A DNA stretch of 63,548 nucleotides, counting the filler, from Octopus bimaculoides (Eukaryota): assembly GCF_001194135.2 (NCBI RefSeq). It is 9 parts of 9 records of this genome, joined end to end, with 100 filler letters (N's around TTAATTAATTAA, not from the genome) between each part and the next. Parts side by side here need not be neighbours in the genome. Positions count along the whole stretch, not along the records: positions 1 to 26,317 come from NC_069003.1; 8 more parts are not named here. One strand, 5' to 3'. Shown here piece after piece: positions 1 to 12,679 of this stretch. The position numbers were made by a program, and so were the translations under genes. A model generated the notes under the pieces. It made no database searches and was not told the origin of the DNA. It saw nothing but the letters and a program-made list of their open reading frames with translations. Positions within the stretch are counted from its first letter, which is position 1, and each line of letters begins with the position of its first letter.

Positions 1-254
1 ATATATATTTAAACACACAGTGATGAACAATCGATACTCATGAAATACCCGAATTTAGGCTAGAATACGCTACATTGTAACGCAAAAATACTGGCATATC
101 TCTGTAAATTGAAATGTATGGGGTGAGATGGTGAGGGGCTCAAAATTTGTAACCCAGGTAAAATGAGTAATTTCTGGTTTCTTGTTAGTTTCTCCCTACC
201 TGTTTGAAATCATTATATTGCAAGCATTGCTTCACCATTTTATACAAAAGATGT

Positions 255-485
255 CTTATACTATAGTCCTAAGCCGACCAAAACCTTTTGAACGGATTTG
301 GTAGTCTGAAACTGAAGAAACCCCGTCGTATATATATGTATGTACTAGCAATGCACTCTGGCATTGCTCGGAGAATTTATAGTCCCCCAGCACATTAAAA
401 AAATGCTGGGGGACTATAAATTCTCCAAGGCGGTGCCCTAGCATGGCCGCAGTCTAATGACTTAAACACGTAAAAGATAAAAGAT
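255..485 (+). mobile_element. Degenerate tRNA/CORE-type SINE (family A)
   Basis: Matches other family A copies: ctatag..ccgaccaaa..ggatttggtag..gaaactgaag, and 3' aaggcggtgccctagcatggccgcagtc with an (aagata)n tail. Confidence 0.7.
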
Positions 486-489
486 ATAT

Positions 490-605
490 ATAGCAATAAT
501 AACAATACTCCTTTGATGGAATTTATAAACCTTTAATGCATCACTACACGCGTTTCCACAAATCACAAGTCTCTTAAGATCATAGTCCGTATTTGTGGGA
601 TGATT
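490..605 (-). mobile_element. PLE terminal-repeat fragment, same family as 37170-37265
   Basis: Shares gcaata..ggaatttataaa..gcgtttccacaaatcac..agtccgtat with 37177-37267. Confidence 0.5.
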
Positions 606-793
606 AAAATGTAGTCCGTAGTGTCGGTGCCCATCAAGGGTATTTGTCCCACAAATTTATATTAGGTTTCAAATATACTTGAGAAGCTAAGTTTGTTGAA
701 TAAATACCTACTAAATAATAAATATATATTTTTTAATTTGTAAATAGGCTTCTAGAGCTTTCCTTGGGAAAGCTTACTTTCTATTGCATGAAT

Positions 794-1010
794 ATTGCAT
801 ATTTTAATTCATCAACCTGAAGATTGCATAATTTAATGCATGAACCTGAAGATTGCATATTTTAATTCATGAACCTGAAGATTGCATAATTTAATGCNNN
901 NNNNNNNTATTTTAATTCATCAACCTGAAGATTGCATAATTTAATGCATGAACCTGAAGATTGCATATTTTAATTCATGAACCTGAAGATTGCATAATTT
1001 AATGCATGAA
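794..1010 (+). repeat. 29-bp minisatellite with alternating A/B units
   Basis: aacctgaagattgcatattttaattcatg alternates with aacctgaagattgcataatttaatgcatg. Sequences either side of the 10-N gap are near identical, so copy number may be inflated. Confidence 0.9.
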
Positions 1011-1022
1011 AGTACTAGTTTA
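978..1022 (+). ncRNA. Minimal type I hammerhead ribozyme-like motif (PLE type)
   Basis: Stem I tgaac/gttta, core CTGAAGA 983-989, stem II tgcat/atgca, GAAA 1008-1011, palindromic stem III AGTACT, predicted cleavage after 1017. A U.U pair at 10.1/11.1 is non-canonical. Confidence 0.55.
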
Positions 1023-1198
1023 ATCAGAGAGGACACGTAATAGTCTATCATTTGATTATATTATATTATATTATGTTTTATTATTAAAAGATTGTCAATA
1101 AAACCTGAAAATCAGACAAGGCTGGAATTTCTTTGAGTAAGATATTCTTCTATACACAATCATACACACCCGTGTATATATATATACATATATATATT

Positions 1199-1308
<110 letters not shown>

Positions 1309-1527
1309 TGTATATTATGATAGTATATATTATATTACATTATATTATATTCTTCCTTGAAATAACCTGTAAACAATTTTATCTAAAAGATCTTCAAACT
1401 TAATCTACCCTTAGAGAATTTCCTAGCTCTCTAAGATCTCCGTAGTCCATCTAAGCCAGCGTTTGTCACTCTTTGGTCCCTAGACAGAACACCTTACTAA
1501 GTATGCTCTCTATGTACATAAGTTGGG

Positions 1528-1561
<34 letters not shown>

Positions 1562-1625
1562 CATACATACATACATACATACATACATACATACATACAT
1601 ACATACAGACACATACACACACACA

Positions 1626-1832
1626 TACAATGGCTTGATGAAAAGTTCCTGGCTCTAAGGGTGTCGTGAAAGGTGTGGTTGAAGGCCCAACCTTCCGAGT
1701 TCTTTTACATGGCTTAGAAAAACTGAAGGACCGCTACAATAGGCGCGTGAATCCGAGAGGGTAACATCTTGAATCAACTCATAATTCACTAATCCTCCTG
1801 TTTTTTTTTATTTTACCCAAAGCCCCCTCGTA
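1626..1832 (+). mobile_element. Mariner-derived MITE (internal deletion derivative)
   Basis: TIR-like gaaaagttcctggct end, decayed mariner C-terminus (EKLKDRYNRRVNPRG, typical R(W)xKCVxxxGxYVE), ends ccctcgTA. Second copy at 6811-7030. Confidence 0.75.
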
Positions 1833-2049
1833 GGTGCAGTCTTACTAATCAGTGTGGTTATCGAAAAACAAGTTTGAAAATAAAACAAAAAATGTTAATG
1901 AAGGCGTAAAGGGCTTGTGTTGCGCTTTAAAAACTGTATGTGTAGTGGTTTTATCGTGAGCATCCACTCAGAGGTGAGGGGCCCCCGATAAGATTATTTT
2001 TTAGCAATAATTCTTCTGGTTCCCACGCTTTGAATAACGATCGCGCGAG

Positions 2050-2298
2050 CGCGTGCGTGTGTGTGTATGTGCGTGTGTGTGTGTACGTGTGTGATTGTGT
2101 ATGTGTGTGTGTGTGTGAGAGAGAGAGAGAAAGAGTGAGTGAGAAAGAAAAATAATGATCCTTCGTTAGTGTATGAGAATGAGAGAGAGAGAGAATGTGT
2201 TGTTTGCGTGTGTGTACGCTAATATGAGAGAGAGAGAGAGACGTTGTGTTTAGGAGAGAGAGAGAGCTTGTGTTTAAGAGAGTGAGAGAGAGATAGAG

Positions 2299-2344
<46 letters not shown>

Positions 2345-3063
2345 TGTGTGTGTGCGTGTGTGTGTTTAAGTGCGTCTCTGTAGTAGTGCTTATGTATGTG
2401 TGTCTGTGCGTGTGTAAGAGAGTATGTGTGTGAGGTTTCTGTAAGGGAAAGAGAGAGAGGAGAGAGTGCGAGAGGGGGAGAGAATGGATAGAGAGGGGGA
2501 AGAGAGAGGAAGAGAGAGGGAGAGAGATGGGAGAGGGAGAGAGATGGGAGAGGGAGAGAGATGGGAGAGGGAGAGAGATGGGAGAGAGATGGGAGAGNNN
2601 NNNNNNNNNNNNNNNNNNNNNNNNNNNNNNNNNNNNNNNNNNNNNNNNNNNNNNNNNNNNNNNNNNNNNNNNNNNNNNNNNNNNNNNNNNNNNNNNNNNN
2701 NNNNNNNNNNNNNNNNNNNNNNNNNNNNNNNNNNNNNNNNNNNNNNNNNNNNNNNNNNNNNNNNNNNNNNNNNNNNNNNNNNNNNNNNNNNNNNNNNNNN
2801 NNNNNNNNNNNNNNNNNNNNNNNNNNNNNNNNNNNNNNNNNNNNNNNNNNNNNNNNNNNNNNNNNNNNNNNNNNNNNNNNNNNNNNNNNNNNNNNNNNNN
2901 NNNNNNNNNNNNNNNNNNNNNNNNNNNNNNNNNNNNNNNNNNNNNNNNNNNNNNNNNNNNNNNNNNNNNNNNNNNNNNNNNNNNNNNNNNNNNNNNNNNN
3001 NNNNNNNNNNNNNNNNNNNNNNNNNNNNNNNNNNNNNNNNNNNNNNNNNNNNNNNNNNNNNNN

Positions 3064-3100
<37 letters not shown>

Positions 3101-3115
3101 GGGGGGGAGAGAGAG
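2050..3115. repeat. Compound (GT)n/(GA)n/(GGGAGAGAGAT)n simple repeats around an N gap
   Basis: Directly visible. Confidence 0.95.
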
Positions 3116-3129
3116 ACAGACAGTGTGTA

Positions 3130-3285
3130 AGAGTATGTATGTGTTTCCATCTATCAAATCCACTCACGAGGCTCTAGTTGGTCCGAGGCTATGGTAGAAG
3201 ACACTTGCACAAGGTGCTTCCACACAATGGGACTGAACCCAGAACCATGTGGTTGGGAAGCAAGCTTCTTTCCACACAGTCATAC
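3130..3285 (-). mobile_element. SINE family A, 5' half
   Basis: Reverse complement of tRNA-like head (ccacatggttc.gggttcagtccca) plus ccttg.gcaagtgtcttcta CORE-like segment. Confidence 0.8.
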
Positions 3286-3519
3286 ATACACACCTATACA
3301 TACAATACATACATTTCTACTCACCAATGCGCACGCATTTAGAAAGAATGATCCACATAGCAAGCTCTATTGTACACCCACGTATAGATAAAGATAATTT
3401 AATTAGAAGAATATGTGTGGGTGCGTGTGCGCGCGCTCGTGTGTGTTCTCCAAATTGCACTTGACTAGAGGTCAGTAGTTAGAGCTAATTGAAAAACTAA
3501 ATAAAAAAATACAGACGCA

Positions 3520-3762
3520 CTTTCTTTGTTTTTGTACTTGTTTCAGTCATTAGACTGCGGCCATGCTGGGGCCTCGCATTAAAGAGGTTTTAGTCGAATT
3601 AATCGATCCCAGTACTTTTAGATATATGTATGTATACATGTATGTATATACAAACCTAGTAATTATTCTATCGATTTTATTTACCGAACCGCTAAGTTAA
3701 GAGAACGTAAATACACCAGTACAAATGTCAAACGATAATGGGGAACAAACGCAAACACAAAG

Positions 3763-3814
<52 letters not shown>

Positions 3815-3950
3815 ATATACATATATACAAGACATGAGTCAGCTCGGTGCTGTAGAAAGTTATACTTGCCAAGGATGCCACGCAGTCGGAACAAACCTAG
3901 GAATTCGTAACTACAAAGTGAACTTTTATGCTATTCGACCACAGTATATT
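3520..3950 (-). mobile_element. SINE family A, old copy
   Basis: ttgtttcagtcattagactgcggccatgctgg, ccgaaccgctaagtta, internal (CA)n, decayed head. Confidence 0.7.
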
Positions 3951-4404
3951 GGCAAAATGTAAGAGGGGGAGCGAATCATATTGATTAATAAATGAATATT
4001 TAGGGAATAGCAATTTCATTAGGTTTGGAAGAAACGTGTTAACCTATGAGCTGTTGGAAATTCCTCAATAAAATTCAGTGGAAATATCGGCAAGAATTTA
4101 TCTATTTCAATGTTTTTCAAAATTACAAAGATCTCTAATGATTCGCTCTACTTTTCTGAAAGACAAAGTTCACACCTTATGGAACCTTAGACTTTGATTG
4201 ACATGATCGAACTGTGGGACACGGGCTTCATTACACTTCAACAGCTATTGATATGGAACCCACTGTTCGCAACCCACTAAAAACTGCAGTTCTTATATGA
4301 AAAGTGCAATAAAAAATTTGCTGGCATGTGCAAATCTTTGTCAGGCTAGAATTAATTAAAAGTACACTAAGCAGCGATGGTTGAAATATAACTGTATACA
4401 TTTA

Positions 4405-4625
4405 CTCGAGCGTGTAAAAACCTTCGCTGTGGTAACTGTCTAAGAAGGGAAATTATTCTTAAAGATATTGTGTGTAAACACACTGAGCTGGGACGTAGAA
4501 AGACATGTCCTACTGTCCGATGACGTCACTCGTAGCCAAGTGGTGTTTTCAGACACACATTGTTTATAACGAGAATTTTTCTTCCGAAACAGTTACCGCA
4601 GCGAAGGTTTTTCCACGTTTGCGTG
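4405..4625. mobile_element. Foldback/MITE-like inverted repeat
   Basis: aaaaaccttcgctgtggtaactgt (4416-4439) pairs with acagttaccgcagcgaaggttttt (4589-4612), 1 mismatch; weaker pairing extends inward. Confidence 0.65.
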
Positions 4626-5051
4626 TACACGATTGTGTTAAATAAATAAAATTAAAAAAAAATACACAGCGGTATTTTGATAGCAAGAATAAAAGAGCAA
4701 TCGGTGTAGAGCAATGTACTGAAACACAGTTGAAGTAGCCGAAAGATGTGATCAGTGAATGAAGCACTTACAGGTCACGGTAAAGATTAGAGAAAGATAT
4801 ATAGGCATATTGGCAAATAGATTGGAGCGAGTGAGAAAGAGGGAGTAGGGAGGGAAGGATGGAGGGAGGGAGGAAGAGAGAGAGAGACCTGTTGGGCAAT
4901 AGATTAGGTAGGGGTATAGATAGAGAGTGAGGTAGAGACATTTCGTTAGAGAGAGAGAGGGAGGGGAAGAAAGAATCGCATAGGCAGAGATAAGGAGAAG
5001 AGATGGAAGCAGATAGACAGAGCGGGAGACATAGAGATAGANNNNNNNNNN

Positions 5052-5115
<64 letters not shown>

Positions 5116-5849
5116 TACTGGCTAATAGACTAGGGAGTGGGAATAGCGAAATGAATAGAGAGAGAGAGAGATTGAAGGCGGGAGACTTACAAAGACAGGA
5201 ATGATTGGGAATGCGAGAGGCAACTAAGACAGTGAGAAAAACAAAGACAAGAAGCGTTGGACAGATAGATAAGAGGACACACAGAGAGAGGAAGAGAACG
5301 CGTTATATATTGTGAGTGAGTGACATGGTGAAAACAGACAGGTAGAGGTAGACAGACTGGCCAAGAGGCAAATAGGCAGACAGACACACAGGCAAACAGA
5401 CAAGGGAGTGAGGGTTAAAAAGGTAGGCTATAAGTTCTGTATAATTTGATGTTTGAAACTGGATCACTGCAAACATCATCTCTAGTAATCTATCATAATA
5501 TAGACTTGTAACGGAGGTGAAGGTAAAGTATGTAAAACAAGGCATATCTGGCTGCTAGAAATAGCAGCTGGATATCCCACGTACCACAACCTAGCTTCTT
5601 AAAAATGGCGATAAGGATACATTAGATAACACAATCACAGAAGTCTCTCAATAAATGGGATAGCCACGTTTGGAATGTTTTATCAGGATTGACCTGAAAC
5701 AAACAAAAACAGCAATTAAAATGGTGATATAAAAGTTTACAAATATGTTTAATAAACATTGGCACATGTTTAATGCATGATTTTAGAAAAGCAGTCACCC
5801 ATATATCCAAATAATGTATGTATTATACGTATATGGTTCAAAGATATAC

Positions 5850-6000
5850 AAAGAAAAAAGAGAGAAGTGACAGAACAATATAGAGTGTATTAGTTTGACG
5901 CTCAGGAAAAATGGGAAAAATCTTTGACGTTTCAAGCCTACGCACTTCTACAAAACGAAATTAGGAGAAATAACAGACGGAGAAGGAAGAAAATGGAGAG
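5850..6000 (-). mobile_element. PLE-type terminal module with degenerate hammerhead (5921-5955)
   Basis: Homologous to 33465-33600 and 63210-63330: gtattagtttgacgctc.gga..aaa.tctttgacgtttc.agcctacgc.cttc. Confidence 0.6.
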
Positions 6001-6015
6001 AGAAATAAACGTGAA

Positions 6016-6520
6016 TTACACGGATTTATTCACTTGTATTTGGTACTCATAGCTAAAAGGATTTCCACTAGTTCTCCTCAGGAAATCAGGCGTTAAGGTG
6101 GGATTATTATTATTATTATTATTACAATTAATATTAACGCTAGATGATAACGTAATAGTATTATTAGAGTTGTGATTAGTTACGGAATCAAAACCTTGTT
6201 CAGAAAGAGTATCATTAGAGTTGATTTCAATATACACTTTATCTGTTCTACTTTTGTTGATAGATTTAGAATTTAGATATTCTCTAACTCTCTGTTTAAT
6301 GGATGTTGCTATAATCACAGCTAAATTTCTAGTGGTTGAGTACGAAAACTTTACATTATGTCGATTAAATAATTTTTCATATTTATTTGAAGGTGGGAAA
6401 TACCGATCTGGTTCCACAAAGAATTTACGAGGGATATAAGAAGCTATAGAATATGAGAATGGAGTATTATACCACATAATTTTTGTTAATCTATTCTTTT
6501 TATTACTTATATATAATTTT
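6016..6520 (-). pseudogene. Penelope-like element ORF remnant (RT thumb plus Asn-rich linker)
   Basis: IMWYNTPFS..IPRKFF..DRYFPPSNKYEKLFNRHNVKFSYSTTRNL..II is the PLE post-RT motif IWFNPP..K.FNR...K.SYS...N. Same family as the 59711 ORF. Confidence 0.85.
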
Positions 6521-6810
6521 TTGTTAGTATAGAATTTTATTATTATTATGATTTTGGATATAGTAAATTTTATTTTTATATCCAGCTTCAAATAATACGT
6601 GGTTACAGTAATTTTGATTTTGTTTGAATACATCCTCATCAACCGAAAGTCTCGAAATACGAGTAGATATACTTTTAATGATAGAATTTATTATGGCCCT
6701 CGGATGATTTGAATTTTACCATTTAAGTGCCGGATTCACTTGAATCCTAATCTATTATATACTTACATGCATACATACATACACTCGCACTCGCACACAC
6801 ACACACACAA

Positions 6811-7028
6811 ACGAATCGGTGCTAAAAAGTTACTGGCTTTAGGTAAAGGAAAATACAGGAGGATCAGTTAATTATGATTTTATTCAACGTATTCCTCTAT
6901 CAGATTTACATTCTTATTGCAACGATCCTTCAGTTTTTCTAAGCCTCGTAAAAGAACTCGGAAGGTTGGTCCTCCAACCAGGTCTCTGCAGCGACGATAC
7001 CTTTAAAGTACTTTGCAGTACCCCATTG

Positions 7029-7030
<2 letters not shown>
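6811..7030 (-). mobile_element. Mariner-derived MITE, copy 2
   Basis: Reverse complement of 1626-1832 over about 200 bp. Confidence 0.75.
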
Positions 7031-7039
<9 letters not shown>

Positions 7040-7067
<28 letters not shown>

Positions 7068-7625
7068 ATGTATGCGTTGGAGTGACTTTGAGTCTGTGTT
7101 TGTCCCCTACCATTGCTTGACGACTGGTGTTTGGGAATTTTATGACTCGTAACTTCGTGGTTCGGCAAAAGACTCCGATAGAACAAGTGCTGGGATTTTT
7201 CAAAAAATAAATCCTTTGGTCGATTCATTTGATTAAAATCCCTTCAAGATGGTGCCTCAGCATGGCCGCAGTCAAATGATTGAAACAAGCGAAAGATAAA
7301 AGACAAAAGATGAACAGTCCCACTGCGTGGCACCTTGGGCAAGTGTCTTCTACTATAGCCTCAGGTCGACCAAAGCCTTGTGAGTGGGTTTGGTAGAGGG
7401 AAGCTGAAAGAAGCCCGTCATATATATATATATGTATATGAATGTATATATTTGCGTTTGTGTGTCTCTGTTTGTCCTCCTACCATCACATGACAACCGG
7501 TTCGGCCAAAGAGATCGATAGAATAAGTACTAGGCTTACAAAGAATAAGTCCTGCGGGTCGATTTGTTCGACTAAAGGCAGTGCTCCAGCATGGCCGCAG
7601 TCAAAAAACTGAAACAAATAAATGA
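7040..7625 (+). mobile_element. Two tandem partial SINE family A copies
   Basis: 3' half ending gcatggccgcagtcaaatgattgaaacaag at about 7290, then a second copy from cccactgcgtggcaccttgggcaagtgtc to about 7625. Confidence 0.85.
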
Positions 7626-8024
7626 ATAATAGAATAGTAACAACGTAACGTATAAACATGTAAGAAATTATTTGAGACATCATAAACAGAAGAGGGAAAA
7701 CAAGGACGAAGTAGGTATTGTTGTTGTAATTGTTGTTGCTGCTATTGAAGGTCAAGGTCACAGCTCTGACGTTTATGTCGTTATTCAGTGTCGCTCCCCC
7801 ACACACACACACTTCGTTTCATTTGCCCATCCCCTTTCATTTTTTTCTTCTCTTTATTTTAACATGCATTTGTTGTCATGGTGATAATTAGCTATATAAC
7901 TTGAATATCTGCATGCGTGCGCGTATGTATTATGTGTGTATGTGCGCATGTGCGGTGTGAGTATACAAACATGCATAGTCACACATGTGTGTGTGTATGT
8001 GTGTGTCCAGTATGTCTATGTATG

Positions 8025-8094
<70 letters not shown>

Positions 8095-8241
8095 TGTATA
8101 AATGTGTGTATGCATATTTACATCTATACATACTTGCATATATATATATATATATATATATATAGNNNNNNNNNNGACAGACAGACAGACAGAGACAGAG
8201 AGAGACAGAGAGAGACAGAGAGAGACAGAGAGAAAGAGAGG

Positions 8242-8274
<33 letters not shown>

Positions 8275-9426
8275 TTGTGTGCATATATTTACGTATACAA
8301 TTCTCTCCAACCCCTCCATTTTCTCCCAACTCTCCCTCTCTCTCTCTCCTTCTTTCTCTCTCCTTCTTTCTCTCTCCTTCTCTCTCCCTCTCTCTCCCTC
8401 TCTCCCTCTCTCCCTCTTTTTCTCCTCAAAAGTCATTCCAAATATAACAACTACAGTAGGCATGAGACCAGTCTATATAATATGCTAATGAGACCTGAGA
8501 CCTGTTTCTTGAGGTCAAGACATTTAATAACATATTGTAATGAACTCTGTGTTAATTAAACAATCAGCACTATAGGCCTCGCTTACAGCCCTACTGCTCC
8601 CTACATCACTGCACACACACACACACACACACATTATATATGTATATATATATATAATTTTAGCTTTGTAAAGAGCGAATGCGTTTTTAAAAAATGGCTC
8701 TTTGTTATAAACTCAGCAACTAAAAGCTGGCGTACGGTGCAGAAGCATTGTGATCTACTATTAAAGCCTGATATCCTCCATCCTCGTGGTATATTATTCT
8801 TGTATGCATATATAATTTTCAGAATCCGATAGAATCAAGTATTTAAATAGTAAAAATAGCAAGGTAGAGTCGGGGATAGAGCTCCACTCCATTGACAATA
8901 TGTGCTGACATATACGTACTTACTAGAATAAATACGGATTTGTCACTCTAGTTGTGACAGAATACACAACGTGTATTCAAAGTGATACGGAGGTACACTC
9001 ACGATGCGTATTCTACAGTCGACGAAAGGTTCCAGATCCAATGCATGGAAGGTTTTGAATTAGGGAAAAAAAATAAACAGTAACACGGATGGGTTGAGAT
9101 ATATAAATCGCAATTTATAAAAATTTTCTAGATGATGTAGACTTTAATAATTGCTTTCTTTCAGTAAAAGCAACATTCTCCAAACTAATTAATAAACAGT
9201 TTTATTTATTATAGTATAGATGGTTAATGACGATATTTGAATTACAACAGAGAACTTAATAAATGTGAACTACAAAGCAACGAGATACAATGCAGATGTA
9301 TGGTGTGTACGAACGATTTACTTTGATATTTTGATATTCCTGTTGTGTTCATACGAATCCACAATACGTCTCTTAGCACCATAATCTGAAACACACGTGT
9401 GTGTGTGAGTGTGTGTGCGTGCAAGC

Positions 9427-9462
<36 letters not shown>

Positions 9463-9683
9463 GTATGTGTGCACATGTGTCTATTGTGCAAGAAAGAGGA
9501 AGACGTTAAGAAGATGGCTTAAAATTTCTGACCTTCATTTCTTGAGTTTCATACCTCTTTAATCTCGACATGAAAGACGGCTTCTCCAGTATCCATTTTG
9601 TCCCTCTGTGCCTGTGCGTGTGTGTGTATGTGTGTGTGTGTGGGGTGTATGTGTGTATGTATGCGTGTATATGTGCATGTATG

Positions 9684-9723
<40 letters not shown>

Positions 9724-9801
9724 CACACACATACATATATATACAAACATAGATGTATGTGCGTATGATTTGTGTGTGTATATATATATATACAAATATG
9801 C

Positions 9802-9849
<48 letters not shown>

Positions 9850-11076
9850 ATGTATGCATATGACTATATGTATGTATTCAGAAACATACAAGTACATGTG
9901 TTTGTGTGTGTGTACTTGTGATATACGTGTGTTTGTGTGTGGATATGCATGTTTATACGTATGTTTATAAGCGTGTGTGTTTATATTTGTGTGTGCGCGC
10001 ATTTGTGTTTGTGTGCTTGTAGGTTTATTATTGTCACTGTTGTTTTTTTTTTTTTTTTTTGGCGTAATTGCTTAATTGATATGCTGATAATCTTAACGAA
10101 GCGGGATATCTGTACATCAAAGACAATGAAATATACTGGAGGATATCGGTATATCAAAGATAATGCCCCATATATCTAGCAATTAAAAAGAAAATAACAA
10201 CGGCTTGCGTAGTTTTATTCGCCACCAGTAGCCTTAACTACATGCACATGTAGACACCGGACTAATCAACGTTTCGTTGTGTAGCGTTTGTATGTGTGCG
10301 CGCCCACTATTTTTTTTTTTTTACATTAATTCCGATATAACCAGAGTGTAACACGATTTTTGTCCTTGTGTAGCAACTGTTATTTCCTAGTTGCTGGCCC
10401 CTAAAATGTGTGAAAAATGGCTAATATTTCCTTCAAACTATGCTTTTCTTATATTTATTCAATCCACCAAAGAATCCTTCTCAACACATGGCTATGATGT
10501 TCCCCCCCAACTACTCTTGCTCATGATCAGAGAAGCACATATTGTCAGCCACGAAAAGACATGCTCGAGTGGTTAAAGTCAAACAATTGACAAGCAAATC
10601 TGTGGTATTGAGCAGAATATTTGCTATAACGAAATTTCAGCTTCCGGAGGCGGCGAGCTTGCAGAAACGTTAGCACGCCGGGCGAAATACTTAGCAAAAG
10701 ATGGCAGAAGATACTGAAACTAAACGATAATTATATCATTGATTAAGGTCACGAGCTGACAGAATCACTAGCACGCCGGAAGAAATGCTTAGCGGTATTT
10801 CGTCTGTCTTTACATTCGAGGTACTCTTTGCCTTTCATCTAAATTACTATAACATTGTATGGTAAAATTTTCATTCTTTTTGTTTATGATCAGTAAGTGT
10901 TATATACTTCTATCTAGAAATCAAAGGAAATGACTACTATTCCCTTCAAACTTTGCTTTTGTGACCTGGACATCAATGTTTTCAAACTGACTTATATTTC
11001 ATTACATTTCAGACCAATTCCGTATTGATCTGCGGTAGCCGAAATATCCTTTTCTACTACACACACACACACACAC

Positions 11077-11112
<36 letters not shown>

Positions 11113-11114
<2 letters not shown>

Positions 11115-11540
11115 CGGCGAGCTGGCAGAATCGTTAAGCACACCAGGCAAAATGCTTTGCGGTATTTCGTCCGTCTTTATGTTCTGAGTTCAAATTCCGT
11201 CGATGTTGACTTTGCCTTTCATCCTTTCGGGGTCGCTAAATTAAGTACCAGTTACTCACTGGGGTCGATGTAATCGACTTAACCCATTTGTCTGTCCTCT
11301 CTATGTTTAGCCCCTTGTGGGCAATAAAGAAATAAGAATCGAATCGTTAGCACGCCGGGCAAGACGCTTAAGATCATTTCGTCCGTCTCGACGTTCTGAG
11401 TTCAATTTCCGTCGAGACTGACTCCACCTTTTATCATTTCGGGGTCGATAAAATAAGTATCAGTTGAGCACAGGGGTCGATTTAATTGACTTGGTCACCG
11501 CCAAAACACCTCTGGTCTCGTACAAAAATTTGAAACCAAC
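11113..11540 (+). mobile_element. SINE family B: full copy 11113-11335 plus adjacent copy
   Basis: ggcggcgagctggcagaatcgttaag head, gagttcaaattcc B box, gcctttcatcctttcggggtcg central domain, tail gccccttgtgggcaataaagaaat. Confidence 0.85.
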
Positions 11541-11599
11541 CTATATGTCGCCTCGCTTTATTTGATTTTGTCATTTTCAAGGCAGTAGCTGTTGATATA

Positions 11600-12025
11600 C
11601 TCTTTACTCTTTTACTCTTTAACTTGTTTCAGTCATTTGACTGCGGCCATGCTGGAGCACCGCCTTTAGTCGAGCAAATCGACCCCAGGACTTATTCTTT
11701 GGAAGCCTAGTACTTATTCTATCGGTCTCTTTTTGCCGAACCGCTAATTTACGGGGACGTAAATACACCAGCATCGGTTGTCAAGCGATGTTGGTGGTGG
11801 GGGGGGGGGACAAACACAGACACACACACATATATATACATATACATATATACGACTGGCTTCTTTCAGTTTCCGTCTACCAAATCTACCAAATCCACTC
11901 ACAAGGCTTTGGTCGACCCGAGGCTATAGTAGAAGACATTTGCCCAAGGTGCCACGCAGTGGGACTGAACCCGGAACCATGTGGTTGGTAAGCAAGCTAC
12001 TTACCATACAGCCACTCCCGCGCCT
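11600..12025 (-). mobile_element. SINE family A, near full length
   Basis: Head (A box gtggctgtatggtaag, B box gggttcagtccc), CORE-like accttgggcaaatgtc, internal microsatellite, (agagtaaa)n tail. Confidence 0.9.
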
Positions 12026-12630
12026 AAATATGAGTAAGATTTAGCTACCATTATTAGCACGTCTAACGATCACGTAGATGTTCCGTCCCTGGTTTGTCCA
12101 GGGTAGTCACACATGACCCCAAAATACCCTATACTCTTACATACACTCGTCCACCTCTCGTTCACTCTCTTGCTGTTCTCTCCACCCCTTTCTCCAACAG
12201 CTCTCTTTCTCTCTCTCCACTCCTCCTCCTCCTCTCTCTCTCTCTCTTTCTCTCATTCGCTCTTTCCTTACTCCCTCGCTACATCTCTATCTCTGTCATT
12301 CTCTCCTCTAATTCCTCTGCCTCATACCACTACTCTACCTCCTACTCACTCTACGCCACTTCAAAATAACTTCTGTATTTATTTGTTCATTCATCCATTC
12401 ACCTAATTCAATTGTTTCGAGAGTGTTGTATCGGTGTTTGCGTGTGTGTGTGTGTTTGTGTAAGCGCGCGCACTCAAACGTGTGTGCATGTTAGACAGTG
12501 TGGAGGGTGTTTTGAGTATATTCTGATTCCGTATATTACGCATAGAATACGTTATATATAAACACACACATGCACACACACATATAGATGTATGTGTATA
12601 CGTATATATGTGTGTCTGTAGAAGTCCGTG

Positions 12631-12679
<49 letters not shown>

